Source of the DNA: Eledone cirrhosa
Lineage: Eukaryota
Assembly (NCBI GenBank): GCA_964016885.1
Contig: OZ024766.1
Span: 20,398,001-20,462,000, forward strand
Direction: 5' to 3'
Length of the DNA: 64,000 nucleotides
Below are positions 48,994-62,023 of the stretch, piece after piece. Every line of letters begins with the position of its first letter. Positions within the stretch are counted from its first letter, which is position 1. The position numbers were made by a program, and so were the translations under genes. The notes under the pieces were generated by a model. That model made no database searches. It saw nothing but the letters and a program-made list of their open reading frames with translations, and was not told where the DNA came from.

Positions 48994-51817
48994 TGTGTCC
49001 CCCTAAAAATGTATACATACTGCAACAGCTTTGTAACAAATGTGTGTATACATTTTTTGGGGACAGCCACTATGTATTTAGGTTTAATATAATCATCTGT
49101 TAACGGTTGTCCATCTTATATCTTAAGTGGTTGAGTATTCCGTGGAAATGTGTACCATTATCGTCTTTTAGGTTATTTTACGCACGTATCCTGTAATGCA
49201 AACTGTTACATACATTTGTTATGTTACGTCCCTGGGTTCAAACATCCTTACTGGGTCGATAAAATAAAGTACCAGTAATACACTGGGGGTGTATTTAACG
49301 GACTTTTCCGCTCACTGAAAATCGTTGGCCTTAAACCCTTTTATTTGTAAGTGTTAGGGTTTGGACGGACGATCGTAATTACGAGGGTTGAGTCGGTCTT
49401 AGGACCCCCGGGGAAATATATTAATATATTGCAATGTGTATCGAGAGTTGTGGTGTTTTGTGGCATAGAGTTACGGCTCTTTACGTTTAGTGTGCTGAAA
49501 AGCCGCAGGGGTTAGCTTTGCCTTTTATATCCTTTGAAACGAAGTACCAGTAATGCACTGATCTTGTGCCTAAATCAAACCTTTATTATTAAGGATGAGG
49601 CATTGATAGAGATGGGTAGAGCGTCGGACATGGAGCTATTCCCGCCGAGGTTAACTTTACCTTTCATTCTTACGGGGGTCGATTAAAGTACCAGTAATAC
49701 ACTGGGGTAATTGCTGGCCTTGTGTGCCCCCAAAAGTAGAAACAGTTATTAAAGATGAGGCATTGACAGAGATCCGGTAGAGCGTCGGAAATGGAGCTAT
49801 TAGTATTTTACGCATATTCCGATTGTATACTTTCTCCATTATATATATATGTTAGTGTTGGAGAGGGGGGGGTAGTGGCGTGGTAGATCGTAATTACGGT
49901 GGTAAGTGGTGGGGTCGGTACTTCAATTAAGAGTCCCCTCTCAACACCCCTAGAGATAGGAAGTGGAATCGGCTAACAGGTTAAATTGGGAATTTTTATA
50001 TTGGCAGCAATATCGATCGATCTTGCTAGTGTTGAATTTTATATTTTCGAACGTAATATCTTGTGAGGTATTGTAGCAAATCGTTTTAAATTTCCACATA
50101 ATCGATATATATGTGTGTGTGTGTATGTGTATGTATATATATGTGTGTGTGTGTGTGTATGTATATATAATTACAACAGGCAGAAACAGGTATTCGAGTT
50201 TCGTTAAATTAGGATGGGTTCAGTTGAAAACAGGTTAGTTACTTAACTACTTGATATTAGAGGTAGTAGTCTGGGCTTAGCTGTTGAAACGGCAAGAGCT
50301 CAGCCGTCGGGTACCGACTTTTTACGATGTATATATAAAAATATATATATATACACTATCTATCTATACACACACATATTTATGTATGTATGTATGTATG
50401 TATGTATGTGTGTGTGTGTGTGTATAGATAGATATTCAAATAAGGTTTGAAAAAATATGAAAATTAAAGGGGGTAGGTTGGAAAGCCTGAATAGAAGCGG
50501 AGTATGTGATCCACAAAATCAATAGTACAAGTAGTGGCTTATATTTGACAGGAAGTGTTAGGTTTGCTGGTCTATTGAACGCACCCCCTAGATATAAAAT
50601 AAAAAAAGCTGGGTTGCGTCCCCTGCTTCCCTTTTTTTTGTTTGTTGTTTTTTCTTTTCTTCCCCCTTACAAAAATAAAGGGAGGTAACAACATTGCGTG
50701 TATATTTTATAAATATACATACACATATATATATATTATATATGTGTGTGTGTCTATATACATACATATACAATATATTAATAAATGGAAACTATATTTA
50801 TAAAACTGCACCATAATTTGCCTTGGTTTTCCTTGAAATATATATAACAAAACAAATATGGTTTTATAAATATAGTTTCCATTTATTAATATATAGTGTA
50901 TTTACTCCACTAACTTGTTGAGTGCTTTATATCGGTTATACATTTTTTAAGCTTGTTGAATCCCAACAAATTAAATATAACCTTTACATATATATTTTAG
51001 CGTCTGAAAAGTTAAGACCCTCTTCCTGCTATTTCAAGCGTTTAACTAATATATTCCTTCTATATACTGTATAGTTTGTGTTACTTTGGTTTACCTTTTA
51101 TATATATACAAATATATATATATATATAGTAATAATAATAAATGTGAAGACTAAAATCCAAGGAGGGCTCGATGAGGATAAATATCAGATATATAAGAAC
51201 CTAGAGCAAATATTGATTAAAATAAGATTAAAGTTTAAGCAAAGAATTGCTGCTTTCACCCTTAACCCAGAAGATCCCGTTAAGGGTGAAAGCACCAATT
51301 CTTTGCTTAAACTTTAATCTGTTATTTTTTAATAATATATTTATATATGTGGGTTAGGTATGGAAGGGGACAGCACTCTACTCACTGTAAATGTGGTTGT
51401 CATTAGGAAGGGCATCCAGATGTAGAAACCCAAGTCCAAATAAGTTCTGTATAAGCAAGGGCATCCAGATGTAGAAACCTAAGTCCAAATAAGTTCTGTA
51501 TAAGCAAGGGATAGTCACCGGGCCTGCCATATCATGTTAGCGTGGGGAACTGGACGTTGAACGGTGATGATGTTGCTGCTGGGCTGAAGATGTGCCAAGA
51601 AATTGTAGTGGAAGTTACAATAGGGGAATACCTGGGCAGGGGTGGTGAGTACTGAACCGAGGTGTTGGAGTTCACACGGTAGAGATGCTGGGCTGAAAAG
51701 GGCCTGTGGTCAAATGCAGAAGCAGGCGTGTTTTTGATGGTGATGGTGGTTGTGTGTATGGTGGACGAATGGTTTGTTTTGTCACTAAATTCCTCTCTAT
51801 TTCTTTCTTGTTGCAGA

Positions 51818-51950
51818 ATGAGTAACGATCAGTGTTATAAATGCAGAAGACCAGGACATTTTGCACGTGAATGTCGCAGTAGTCTCCCTGGTATGGGTGG
51901 CCGGGGTAATCCTGGTGGTTTGAGGGACCCTCGCTCTCGAAACAGCGCTG
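51818..51950 (+). CDS. CNBP: CNBP-like CCHC zinc-knuckle protein, first coding exon (knuckle 1 plus G/R-rich linker)
   Basis: Acceptor TTGCAG at 51816. Translates MSNDQCYKCRRPGHFARECRSSLPGMGGRGNPGG.... Donor G|GTAAGT (phase 1). Confidence 0.85.
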
Positions 51951-52483
51951 GTAAGTGTTTATGAAGAATTTTAAGGGATTTGGTAAAATTATTTCATTAC
52001 TAAGATAGTAACTTGATGTAATGTTCTTATATAAAGTTGTTGGAAGATTTTAATTTAAATAAGAACCCTTTATTTCATTACTAAGTAACTTAATTCAAGG
52101 GTCTTATGTAAATTTTTTAGAAGATTTTGATTTTGTATGCATGCTTCAACAGCATTCTGATAATTATTACCTTTACAGGTAATCATTGTGTGTATACCTT
52201 TTGGGGGGGGACCCTGTATGTATATACAGTTCAGTAAGAGGAAGACATGGTTACCCGTCTCAAACTGGATAAGCCATCTAACATGCTAGCGTGGAAGATG
52301 GATGTTAAACGATGATGATATATATATACTTTGTTGAAGGGCCTTGGTCTATATAGGATGTAAACAGATTAAATGCCATTTGTAAACAATTATTTGCAAT
52401 GTTTGTTGGTGTTTCTGGGTTGGGGGTAATTTTCTTGTGTTTTCCTACCTCGTTTCTAATGTTTTTCCGCCTCTTCATTGCAG

Positions 52484-52609
52484 AAAAGTGCTACAAGTGC
52501 AATCGTTTTGGCCATTATGCAAGAGAGTGCAAGGTTGAAGCTGAGCGCTGTTATAAATGCAATGACCATGGCCATATTGCCAAGGATTGTGATAAGGAAA
52601 TCGACAGTG
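52484..52609 (+). CDS. CNBP: CNBP-like, second coding exon (knuckles 2-3)
   Basis: Translates (E)[45 protein letters not shown] boundaries, 126 nt, phase 1-1. Confidence 0.9.
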
Positions 52610-52669
52610 GTAAGTTGGACATTGGTTATCGCTCTTCCACACCCTCGGCTTGTCTTTCATTTCTAGCCA

Positions 52670-53257
52670 CCTCTCACTCTTTTTTCTACCCTCTCCCTGA
52701 AAGAAGTCGGCTATGGTCAGGCCTGACCAGGAGGGAAATCGTTCATCTATGAAAGCAACTGATGCAGCTGGATCCCCAAGTGAGACCAGCCAAGCTTATG
52801 AATGTTATCCAACCATGGGTCTCCTACCGGTTGGTTTTGCTCATTTAATATGTCCACATCCCCGTCTTTTCTGCCCTCTCTCTATGAAAGCTTATTTTTC
52901 TTCGCCCACTTATTGTTAAAAGGGTCGTAGGGACGGTCCTCAAACACTCAGGAGCAACAGCCTCCAACTGATTTAGCTGGACCTGCAAGTGAGACCAACC
53001 AAGCTTATGGATGTTATCCAACCATCTTTCTTGGGGTTTCCTTCCGGCATTCTAAACCACATGTCCATAGTGTATCTGAGCTGTGATCTCTCAATTCAGA
53101 GAAGTAGGGGCCTCTACCCGGAGTGACTCTCTGATCTCCGAGTTATGTGCTCTATCGAGTAACGTTACTCCAAAGACCCTTCAGAGGAACCCCATTTCAA
53201 TCGCTTGTATTTGCAATCGTATTCTTTCGGTCATTAGCCAAGATTCATGACCATATT
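52670..53257 (-). mobile_element. Expander-like RTE LINE 3' fragment
   Basis: The minus strand reads YGHESWLMTERIRLQIQAIEMGFL*RVFGVTLLDRAHNSEIRESLRVE..IERSQLRYYGHVV. Confidence 0.85.
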
Positions 53258-54114
53258 GTCTTTGATCTCTTTGATCTATCAAATCAAATTATAAATATTT
53301 CAGAATGTTCAATGGAGCTGCAGTCATGGACTTTCAGATAGAATAAATGGCGTGTATGAGGATATATATGGATGTTTGTGTTGATGATAAGATCAGAGAC
53401 CTCATTCGCTTAACAAGTGAGCTGGAGCTTGTCATATTGGACTGAAGAAACGTTTCCAATTGCTATTACTATCTATCTGGTAGCAAAGCCAGGTAGGAGA
53501 AACGTGGAATAAAGTGACTTGCTGAAGGACATTACACATCACCTGGTCCATGAATTGAACTCACAACCTCGCGATTGCCCTCGTGTACCCAACAGGGACC
53601 GGTCAACCAAGTCAGCACCAGGATCACTGGAGATGTGTTGCAGGTCTGGAGGGACCACTGATGCCTAAAGCTCTTAATTAGTTGGAGTTTGTTAACGGGG
53701 TTTTACGAAGATCCTTCAGTTTGTGTCAAGATACAGCAACTTCTCATTCGATAATGACTACATAAGTGAGATACAGGCCTCCCTGACATGTCTGGGACCT
53801 CAGATAGAGGAGACTAGGTGGGCACTGGCAGATTTGCAAAACTTTCTTTGGAAGAAAAGACGGGTCTATTCACGTTGCCATCTTATTGAAAAGTTGATGT
53901 GATGCTGGCGTTGCTAAAGTTTATCTTTTAAAAGGCGCTGATCGAACAGGTCTAGCTGAAAAGGGAAACACAATTATTTTGTATGTAGTGTGTTGTTTTG
54001 GATGCTAGTCCTTCATCAGAAAATAGCGAGAAATTAAAGAAGATATAGAAAGTGTTTGTGTGTACAGTAGTAAAAAAGAAAAACAGGTTTATTTGGTTTG
54101 TCATCTTGTTTTTT

Positions 54115-54240
54115 TTTCTAGGGCGGGTAATATTCCTGAGATCCTTGGACGAGTCTCTCCAGCGGTCTCTGTCCCTCATTATCGCTGCCATGTCCTGCGT
54201 CTCCAACAGACCGGTGTCTGTCCTTAGGGCATCAACTTGT
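54115..54240 (-). mobile_element. Short RTE-like LINE 3' tip (same family as 62191-62352)
   Basis: Translates VDALRTDTGLLETQDMAAIMRDRDRWR. Confidence 0.75.
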
Positions 54241-55109
54241 TTATATACATAAATACACACCATGTGTGTGCAGGGGTAACTGGTACTGGTTTCAGGAATT
54301 TCGAATGGGGGGTGGTGTGTCAAAACCCCAGATGTTCAAAACCTACATACACTTTTCAACTTCTCATAGGACCAATTTCACAAAAAGCTTGTTATTCAAC
54401 GCGACACTTGCTAATGTCAACCAGTATGAGTAATATTTAACTTTTTAGCATTTAAACTGGCCATATCCGGCCAGAATTATCTCGCTTCTTTCTGTTCAAA
54501 CTGGCTGTAACTGGCCACTCACACTGATGTTAAGGTATTGTTCTCAAAATAAATATTAAAATCTCCGATTCAATATTATGTGAGATAGACCTTTACTGTG
54601 AAAATACAATAGTATATATAGAGTAATGTAAATGCTAAGAGGTTGACCCTTTACTTCACAACTTGGCCAAAACTCTCTCTGGTCTGGTACTGTAAAACAA
54701 AACCACTCCAATTTAAATTAGTCTTCCAACGTAATTTTATATAAGAACCTTATGTTATCTTAGCAATGAAATAATTAATAATTATCCGACCAGAATTCTC
54801 TCACCCCTTTCTGTTCTTGCGAGTCTAGTGAGATCCAAAGAAGAATTGTCGACATTATTCCTTTGTCTTATGTCAGCTTTAGTTACAATCCTACCATTGA
54901 AATGTTGCTTGTCTGCTTTTTCTTTATGGGAGTTGTTCTGATAAGCTTTCTTTGTATTCACAAATTTAAATGGAACACTAGATTGGCAGCTGTCTCTTCC
55001 ATTTACAGTTATTTGTAATTACAAACTTCCCCCCTTTCATGTATTACATATGGGATTCTCTTTCGACCTCTTGCTTTCCTGACTACAGCAATTTGTCTTC
55101 TTTGCCTGC

Positions 55110-55480
55110 TTAATCCCGGGCAGGTCGTAGGGGAAGAATTCTGAAGCCCTCCTTCCAGCGAGCTTCCTGCCAGAAGCAACTGATCTGGCTGGGTCCCCTG
55201 ATGGTTGGTTTTGCCTGTAAAAATTTGTCCAGGGATTTATTTTCCTGGGACATTCTAACCACATGCTCCTCATGTTGTATTTGGAGAAGTAGCAGCTCTG
55301 CCTGGAGTGACTCTGATCTCCGAGCTATGCACTCTGTTGAGTAATGTTACTCCAAAGGCCCTTCAGAAGAACTCCGCTTGTATTTGCAATCGTATTTTGT
55401 TCATTACCGAAGATTCATGACCATATGTTAGGGTTGACACGAATACTAAATTGGAGCTGGCGAGTTTGGCTTTTACACCT
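55110..55480 (-). mobile_element. Expander-like RTE LINE 3' fragment, degenerate
   Basis: Similar to 53050-53257. Confidence 0.7.
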
Positions 55481-55659
55481 ACCTCCTTTCTTTTGATTAC
55501 CGAAGCTGGCGCATTACTGCACCAGCTCTTATAATTCTTACACTTAATTCAACCCCTTGCTTTCCATCACCTGTGAACATGGCCCTGAAATACTTCTACC
55601 TGCTTTAGTGGCAATTTGTAAAAATTCAAAAGCAACGTCAGTCATCGTTCTCCCTTTTT

Positions 55660-56010
55660 GAATTATGTTCTCTCTCTCTTGCCCTCTTTTCAGTAACCCC
55701 GTGTATTTTAGTAGCTTTATTGCCTTGCTAGGGATTATGTTCTCGTTTCTCAGTAACCCCTTGTATTTTAGTAGCTTTATTGCTTTGCTAGGGATTATGT
55801 TCTCGTTTCTCAGTAACCCCTTGTATTTTAGTAGCTTTATTGCCTTGCTAGGGATTATGTTCTCGTTTCTCAGTAACCCCTTGTATTTTAGTAGCTTTAT
55901 TGCCTTGCTAGGGATTATGTTCTCGTTTCTCAGTAACCCCTTGTATTTTAGTAGCTTTATTGCCTTGTTAGGGATCATGTTTTCTTGTCTTCCTTTCTCA
56001 GTAATCCTTT
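55660..56010. repeat. 60-bp tandem repeat, ~5 copies
   Basis: Periodicity is directly visible. Confidence 0.9.
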
Positions 56011-56369
56011 GCATTTTTGTGGTTTTGTTTTGCTTGGGGTTACGAATAAAAAGCTGGTGTTTGGGGTGAAACTTATGACATTCTCTCGTGAAATAAGAGT
56101 GGATGGTCTTGGTAAATATTTTAGGACCGGTGATCCCTTTTGATATCAAAAGGCTTGAGTTGTGTAACAATGCTTTGACAAATTTGCATTAATTTTACCT
56201 GTTGAAATTAGTTTTTAGTCTATTGGAGAGACTAAAGGGAAAATGTTTGTAACAAGATCCTTCTTTAGTAAAAACCCTCTGCAGTTTCACTGATCCATGC
56301 ATAATTAACTGCTGCATTTGATGGTGCATTAAAAAAAAAATTGATAAATGTTATTCTGAATTTAATTTT

Positions 56370-56415
<46 letters not shown>

Positions 56416-56560
56416 CTTTCCTTTGTGACCCTTGTTGGAGTGAGAGGAGAGGGTTTTGTGGGCCTTGTTTGCTTTCAAATATACCTTTTAAATATATTGT
56501 TCATTGCTTTTTATTTGTATCCCATGTACATGTGTGTATATATATATGTATCTTTATATA

Positions 56561-56658
56561 CAGGGTGCCCCAAAAATGTATACATACTTCAACAGCTAAT
56601 AAATATTGAATATTGCCTGTACAGGTAATCAAAGTATACATTTTTTTAGGACACCCTG
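56561..56658. mobile_element. ~100-bp Tc1/mariner-type MITE related to the ends of the DD41D element (relatives at ~41090-41193, 48991-49066, ~52140-52216)
   Basis: TA-CAGGGTGCCCCAAAAATGTATAC ... GTATACATTTTTTTAGGACACCCTG. Both subterminal sequences match 15621-15665 and 19780-19835. Confidence 0.75.
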
Positions 56659-57469
56659 TGTATGTACACATATACACACGCACACACCTTATCATTTATG
56701 TGTATGTATAAATATATATATATATTACACACCTTATTTATGTGTGTATATATAAATATATATGCACATACACACATCATTTATCTGTATATTAAATTGT
56801 AAACACGTGTTGATCTTATCTTCTATATCTAAGAATGTTTTGTGTTGCTGGGCACTTATTTTTCTCTTTTCCTTGTATAATAATCCTGCCATCAACATAT
56901 TTCTATTGAAATGAAATTCTCCCCTATGTCTTTTAACAATCAAACCAGGCCTTTCATAACGAGTTTTTCCATTCTTAATTAAGCTGGTGTTTGGAAAATA
57001 ACAAAATATTCTTAAATTTTTTCATGGGAGCAGTTTAAAAAAAAAAAAGAAAATTAACTTTAATTCTGAGCTTTTTTTCTCTCTCTCTCTCTTTAATTTG
57101 GGTTTCGCTGTATATTTATATATGAGATGTATATATACTTATACATGTGTGTATCAGTGGCGACTGCAGGTTTTGGGGTTACTCGGGCATAGCTTGTATG
57201 GGAGGGTGGGTCCATCTATGAAGTCTTGCTTTGAAACAGGTGTATATCTCGGAACAGAGTAAGAGAGTGACTACTTACTGAGTAAATTAGGAAGATGGCC
57301 ATGTAGCCGGTCCCGGTTAAATAGACTCCCAGGTCACCACGAGTTGCAGCCTTTTACAGTCTGGGTTCAGACAGTTTGAAATCTTTTCCACCATCAATTG
57401 TTATTTAAAAAAAAGCTAAAATCATTTGATTGTTCATTCATAACATATGTTGCACTTTAGTTACACATA

Positions 57470-57600
57470 CACACATATCTACTGTGTTACACACACACAT
57501 ATCTACTGTGTTACACACACACATATCTACTGTGTTACACACACACATATCTACTGTGTTACACACACACATATCTCCTGTGTTACATACACACATACCT
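57470..57600. repeat. 24-bp tandem repeat (ACACACACATATCTACTGTGTTAC)
   Basis: Periodicity is directly visible. Confidence 0.85.
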
Positions 57601-59763
57601 ACCGAGTCCACACACATACATCTACATGTAAACACACACACAGATAGACAACAGAAGTTAAAACACAGGCACACATCTACTCATATCCACTGAGGAAGGT
57701 GCTGGTGAAACACTATAGCGATGTGTTACGTCCCTTCAGGGTTTACCGGCTACATAGCCTATTCGAGTAAATTATAGGTACTAGAAAGAGAGCTTGGTGT
57801 CATTTGACGCTTTGGTTTGTGCTAGTCGCCACTGGTATGTATATGAAGTATATATAAAAAATATATTCATACACAGACAGCGTGTATATATGTATATACG
57901 CACACATCTGATTACTGCTGCACCAAATCCTAACCACCACGCCGTTCATTTATATTTTTTTTGTGTGTCTTGGTGTGAGTTAATTTGTGTTTAGATGCAG
58001 GTGTGTTTATTAGGGGGTATGGTTGTGTGCTGTAGAATAGCCCCATAGCTCTTTTAGTCGTAGGTTGAGAGGCAGAGGTCGTCGTATTGACACGTGGAGT
58101 GTCTTGGACGTTTTTTTGGCCTTGAGCTTACTCCCCTCTCTCTTTAGGTCTGAGTAAATTGACCCCCGTACCAGAAACTGGTCCCGGTAAGATTTAAACT
58201 TGCAATGGATACTGCAGAAGATTCTATCCTGTGTCCTAACAACTGCCAGTTCGTTTAGTATATTGACTATTTAATTTATTATACATGAAAATATTAGGGC
58301 TTTGAGTTGTTTGTAAGGTAATGTGTTTTACATTTGTGGAAAGAAATGTATTGGCTGACCCTTATTTTCTTATTAAATGTAACATTAAATTGGGTAGTGA
58401 AAAAAAATGAAATTTATAGCCCACCTTTTACAATGCTGTGTCCCATGGGTGGGTTTTTGGGTGTTTTTATGAAGGTCTGTCCCAGTTGTAGGTTTGGTTG
58501 GCCTTTTACAATGTCGCAAACCATGGGTGGGTTCTTAGGTTTTTTTTTATAAAGGTCTCAGTCCCAATCGTGGGTTTGGGTAGTCTTTTACAAAGTTGCA
58601 ACCCATGGAAGGTTTCTTCAGTGACTTTAATAAGGACCTCCATTCCAATTGTTATACCTCACACATGCGTATGTAGATTTGGATGGCCTTCTACAATGTT
58701 GCATCTCATGGAAGGTTTCTTGAGTTTTTAATAAGGGCCCTAGCTGACTCTCCGACGAGATTCTCTCGTATGGCATACCATGGGTATAAGAGACCCTATG
58801 TAGGTTTTGCTGGGTTGTATCTCTAAAGTGAATTGAAGTGTCTTGCTCAAAGACACAACACAGTGCCTGGTATGGAAATGGGAGCTCTTTTCACGTTAAG
58901 ACTCCAACACTCTAACCACTCTACTACACATCTTTATTAATGTGAAGTGATGGACAAAGAAACCCAATAGAGGGACCATAAACTTTCTAGGGCTGGAGGT
59001 TAAGCAGATGCAAAATATATACGACTATGGGGTTGTATCATGGGCTTTTAAAACATAGGGGGTTCCCGGTCTTGTGATGAAAACGGAACTTGAAATGAAG
59101 TGTCTTGCTCAAGAAAATGTGGCATTTCCTCCAGGTCTCGTGTCCTCGAGAATTCTGGGCTGGATACAACCGATTTGACCCTTTAGCATTTACATTACTC
59201 TATATATACTATGATCAGCCAGTTTAAATGCTAACGGGTTAATTGCTAGTGAGGCCCAGTTCTGTTAAAGAATATTGATATAAAATGCTCTCCTAGCCAC
59301 TACCACGCCAGCTAAACCTCCATGGGGTCGGGTATTTGTGTCCCCTTCTCCGAAAATAGGGGTCTTGTGTTAAGTGTTAGCCCTAGGCTTACAGAGAAAG
59401 TTTTGTTCGGTGGAAAAGAGGAAAAGCCAATTTAAGAATCAAATTTCTTTTTACAAATTCAGAATTTGCATTACCTAACAAAGAAAATTGTATTTTGAAA
59501 TATTTTTTTTAACCCCTTAACTCTCCTGACCCCCTGTTTTACTTGAAATAAGTCCAAGTTTTTTTAATTGAGTTGCCATAACAAGGATCTCAATTTGTGT
59601 GCCATGCGAAACATTTTGCTTTCCGTAGAAGCTAAGATGAGCAACTGTGGAGTTTTTGTACCTACTTAACAGTGGCTTGCCTTAAAAACTTGCCCCTGAT
59701 GTTCTTGTTAAACCGTGTAAACCCTTGTTAATTCAGCTTATCTTTAATTTTTCTTTTGCACAG

Positions 59764-59814
59764 AGGGGTCACAATATCGTAGCACAGAAGAAAGTGGCAA
59801 CTATAAATGCTCAA
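59764..59814 (+). CDS. Candidate 51-nt frame-preserving cassette exon of the CNBP-like gene
   Basis: TTTTTCTTTTGCACAG acceptor and CAA|GTAGGT donor. Phase 1-1 and open: (E)GSQYRSTEESGNYKCS(R). Confidence 0.45.
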
Positions 59815-59861
59815 GTAGGTGGTACCTCCTAAAATATGTAGAAATTTTGGCACAAAGCATA

Positions 59862-59898
<37 letters not shown>

Positions 59899-61839
59899 TT
59901 ATTATTACCATTATTATTGATTGATTGATTTTTAATTTAGGTACAGGGCCAGCAGTTAGTGGATGGGAGGGTGGAGGTTGAACAAGGTGTGTGTGTCTGT
60001 GTGAATGTTTATTTCAATCCAGTTGCTCTACTCTTTCACTACAGGATTTGAACTGAGATCATGAAGGGCTGTGACTAAATAACTAATTGTCAAGCAGACT
60101 TTGGGGTGTGTTTGTGTGTGTGTGTGGAAGTCGGTTTAAACCTAACTACTTTCCTTTTCCTCCTCGCGATGTTCAACTAGTGCTTTTTATTTTATTGAAG
60201 TTGGTTGGCTGGCAGGATTTGAACTGAGATGTAAAGGTTGTAACTTAATACCTAACTGCCTAGCAGGCAGTTTGGTAGTTTTATGTTGTGGGGTTAAAAT
60301 TCTGCTGGATGTTGGCAGCACCCACAGTGGTTTTGCCCTTTCGGTCTGAGATAAGAGCGACCCGTGGTATGGTTTTGAATGTCGAGTGGTTGTGTTGGGT
60401 TGTTGGGGCAGACAAACCTGTCTTTAGTTCGAAGTGCTTGTTATATATTTGGATGGAGGGGTTGATTAGATTTTTCCCCTCATACTTTGCTGGCTTTGTG
60501 CATAAATTAGAAATCTTTATTATTATTATTATTTATTTAAAATCATGTTCCTTGTTATGCCTTCTTCAGTGTTCTCCCCTCCCAAAGAAGCATGATTCAT
60601 ATGATAAGGTCTTCTGCAGTTAGATCTTGAATGGCCCAGCCCTCACCCCTATTTTTTCCAAAACCACACACACCCCTGCCTACTTATCTAGTCTTTGTTT
60701 TTGTTTGTTTTATATATTTTTATACTCTTAAGTAGTTTGCAGAATTATGTTGTTAAAGTATGATTATCAGAAAAATAATAAAACATTGTTTGTCACTTGA
60801 AGCTAAAAAAAAAATTGCTGATTGGGAAGGCAGATCTTTTGTCAACTGACTTTATATCTTGATGTGTCCCGTCGTGGGTTTAAATTATTACTATTATTAT
60901 TATTGTCATGGCAATGGATTGGCAGAATTGGTAGAGCATTGGACACAGTGCTTTGCCATATAGGTTTGACAAAATAAAGCACCAGCCGTGTACTAGGGTC
61001 GATTTAATCGACTGTCCCCATCCCCCTCTAATTGCTGGCCTTGTGCCTAAACTATTAAGCCATTGTAATTATTATTCAAGTGATCGTGTTTTATTAATTC
61101 TGATAATGATATTTTGTGTGGTAGGGTCTCAGTTGTGTTTAGTTGCAACCCCTCCTCTTTTTTTTTTGTGTGTGTGTGTGAGGCAATGGGGGGGGGGAGT
61201 ATTAGGTGTTAAAATATGAAACAGTGGTGTGGTAGTGTTTGAATTTCTAACATTTTGGCAGTGGTCAGATGTCCAGGGTGGTCGCCAAGTTTTTGAAAGT
61301 GGCCTGTTTTATTTATCTATCTTTCTATCTATCTATCTATCTAATCTATCCCTTTTCCTTACCAAGCTGCCTGAAACCACCCAACCCCTCCTAGTTTTAT
61401 AACCAAATTGATTTAAAATGTATATCTAAAAAAAAAAAAACTGTCGAGGTTATGTGTGGGTTATTTTCCAAACATCAGCTTAAAAATGAGAAAGTTATAA
61501 ACTAAATCCCTGGTTATTTTCGGAATTGTTTTAAAATTCTAGACTGTCTTTCACTAGAGATATGGTAACAAGGCGAGCAACATGTATTCTCGCCATTAGG
61601 AAAAGCAAGGTAAATGCTTCACCTTTGAAAGACATGAGACAGATGACTCAAGAAGAGGAGACTCTTATATATATTTGTGGACACCAGTGGCTCTGTTGAT
61701 GATGGACTATTCATTCGACAATGGATTGACACAGCTGCTCTTGTTAATGGAGAAATCTATGAGTATTAGAAAATGACTCATGAAGAGACATTTATTTAGC
61801 TGTAGAAATGAGATGATAGGGACTGGGGTCCCTATCATT

Positions 61840-62013
61840 CCACTGCAAAGTGGGCGTGCAGGTGCCAAGGCAAAAAAGCACCCAGCACTCACTGTAAATG
61901 AGGTTGGTGTTAGGAAGGGCATCCAGCTGTAGAAATCAAGCCAGAATCAGTTCCCGTCCCACCCTTGCAAGCAGGGAAAAAGGGGACGTAAAATGAAATG
62001 ATGATATATATAT
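61840..62013 (+). mobile_element. SINE-like element (single-unit copy) ending in the same 3' tail as the LINE at 6481-7050
   Basis: GGTGCC..AAAAAAGCACCCAGCACTCACTGTAAA..AGGAAGGGCATCCAGCTGTAG..CCCGTCCCACCCTTGCAAGCAGGGAAAA..ATGATGA(TA)n. Confidence 0.8.
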
Positions 62014-62023
62014 ATATATCATA

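Noticed and set aside
51560-51590. C/D-box snoRNA (GTGATGA...CTGA) in the CNBP intron
   Set aside because: The boxes are too close together, and the C-box is part of a SINE/LINE tail motif seen elsewhere.
47237-51816. Equivalent of the human CNBP intron 1 (CCTG)n repeat
   Set aside because: Only generic TA/TG/TATG microsatellites are present, with no CCTG tract.
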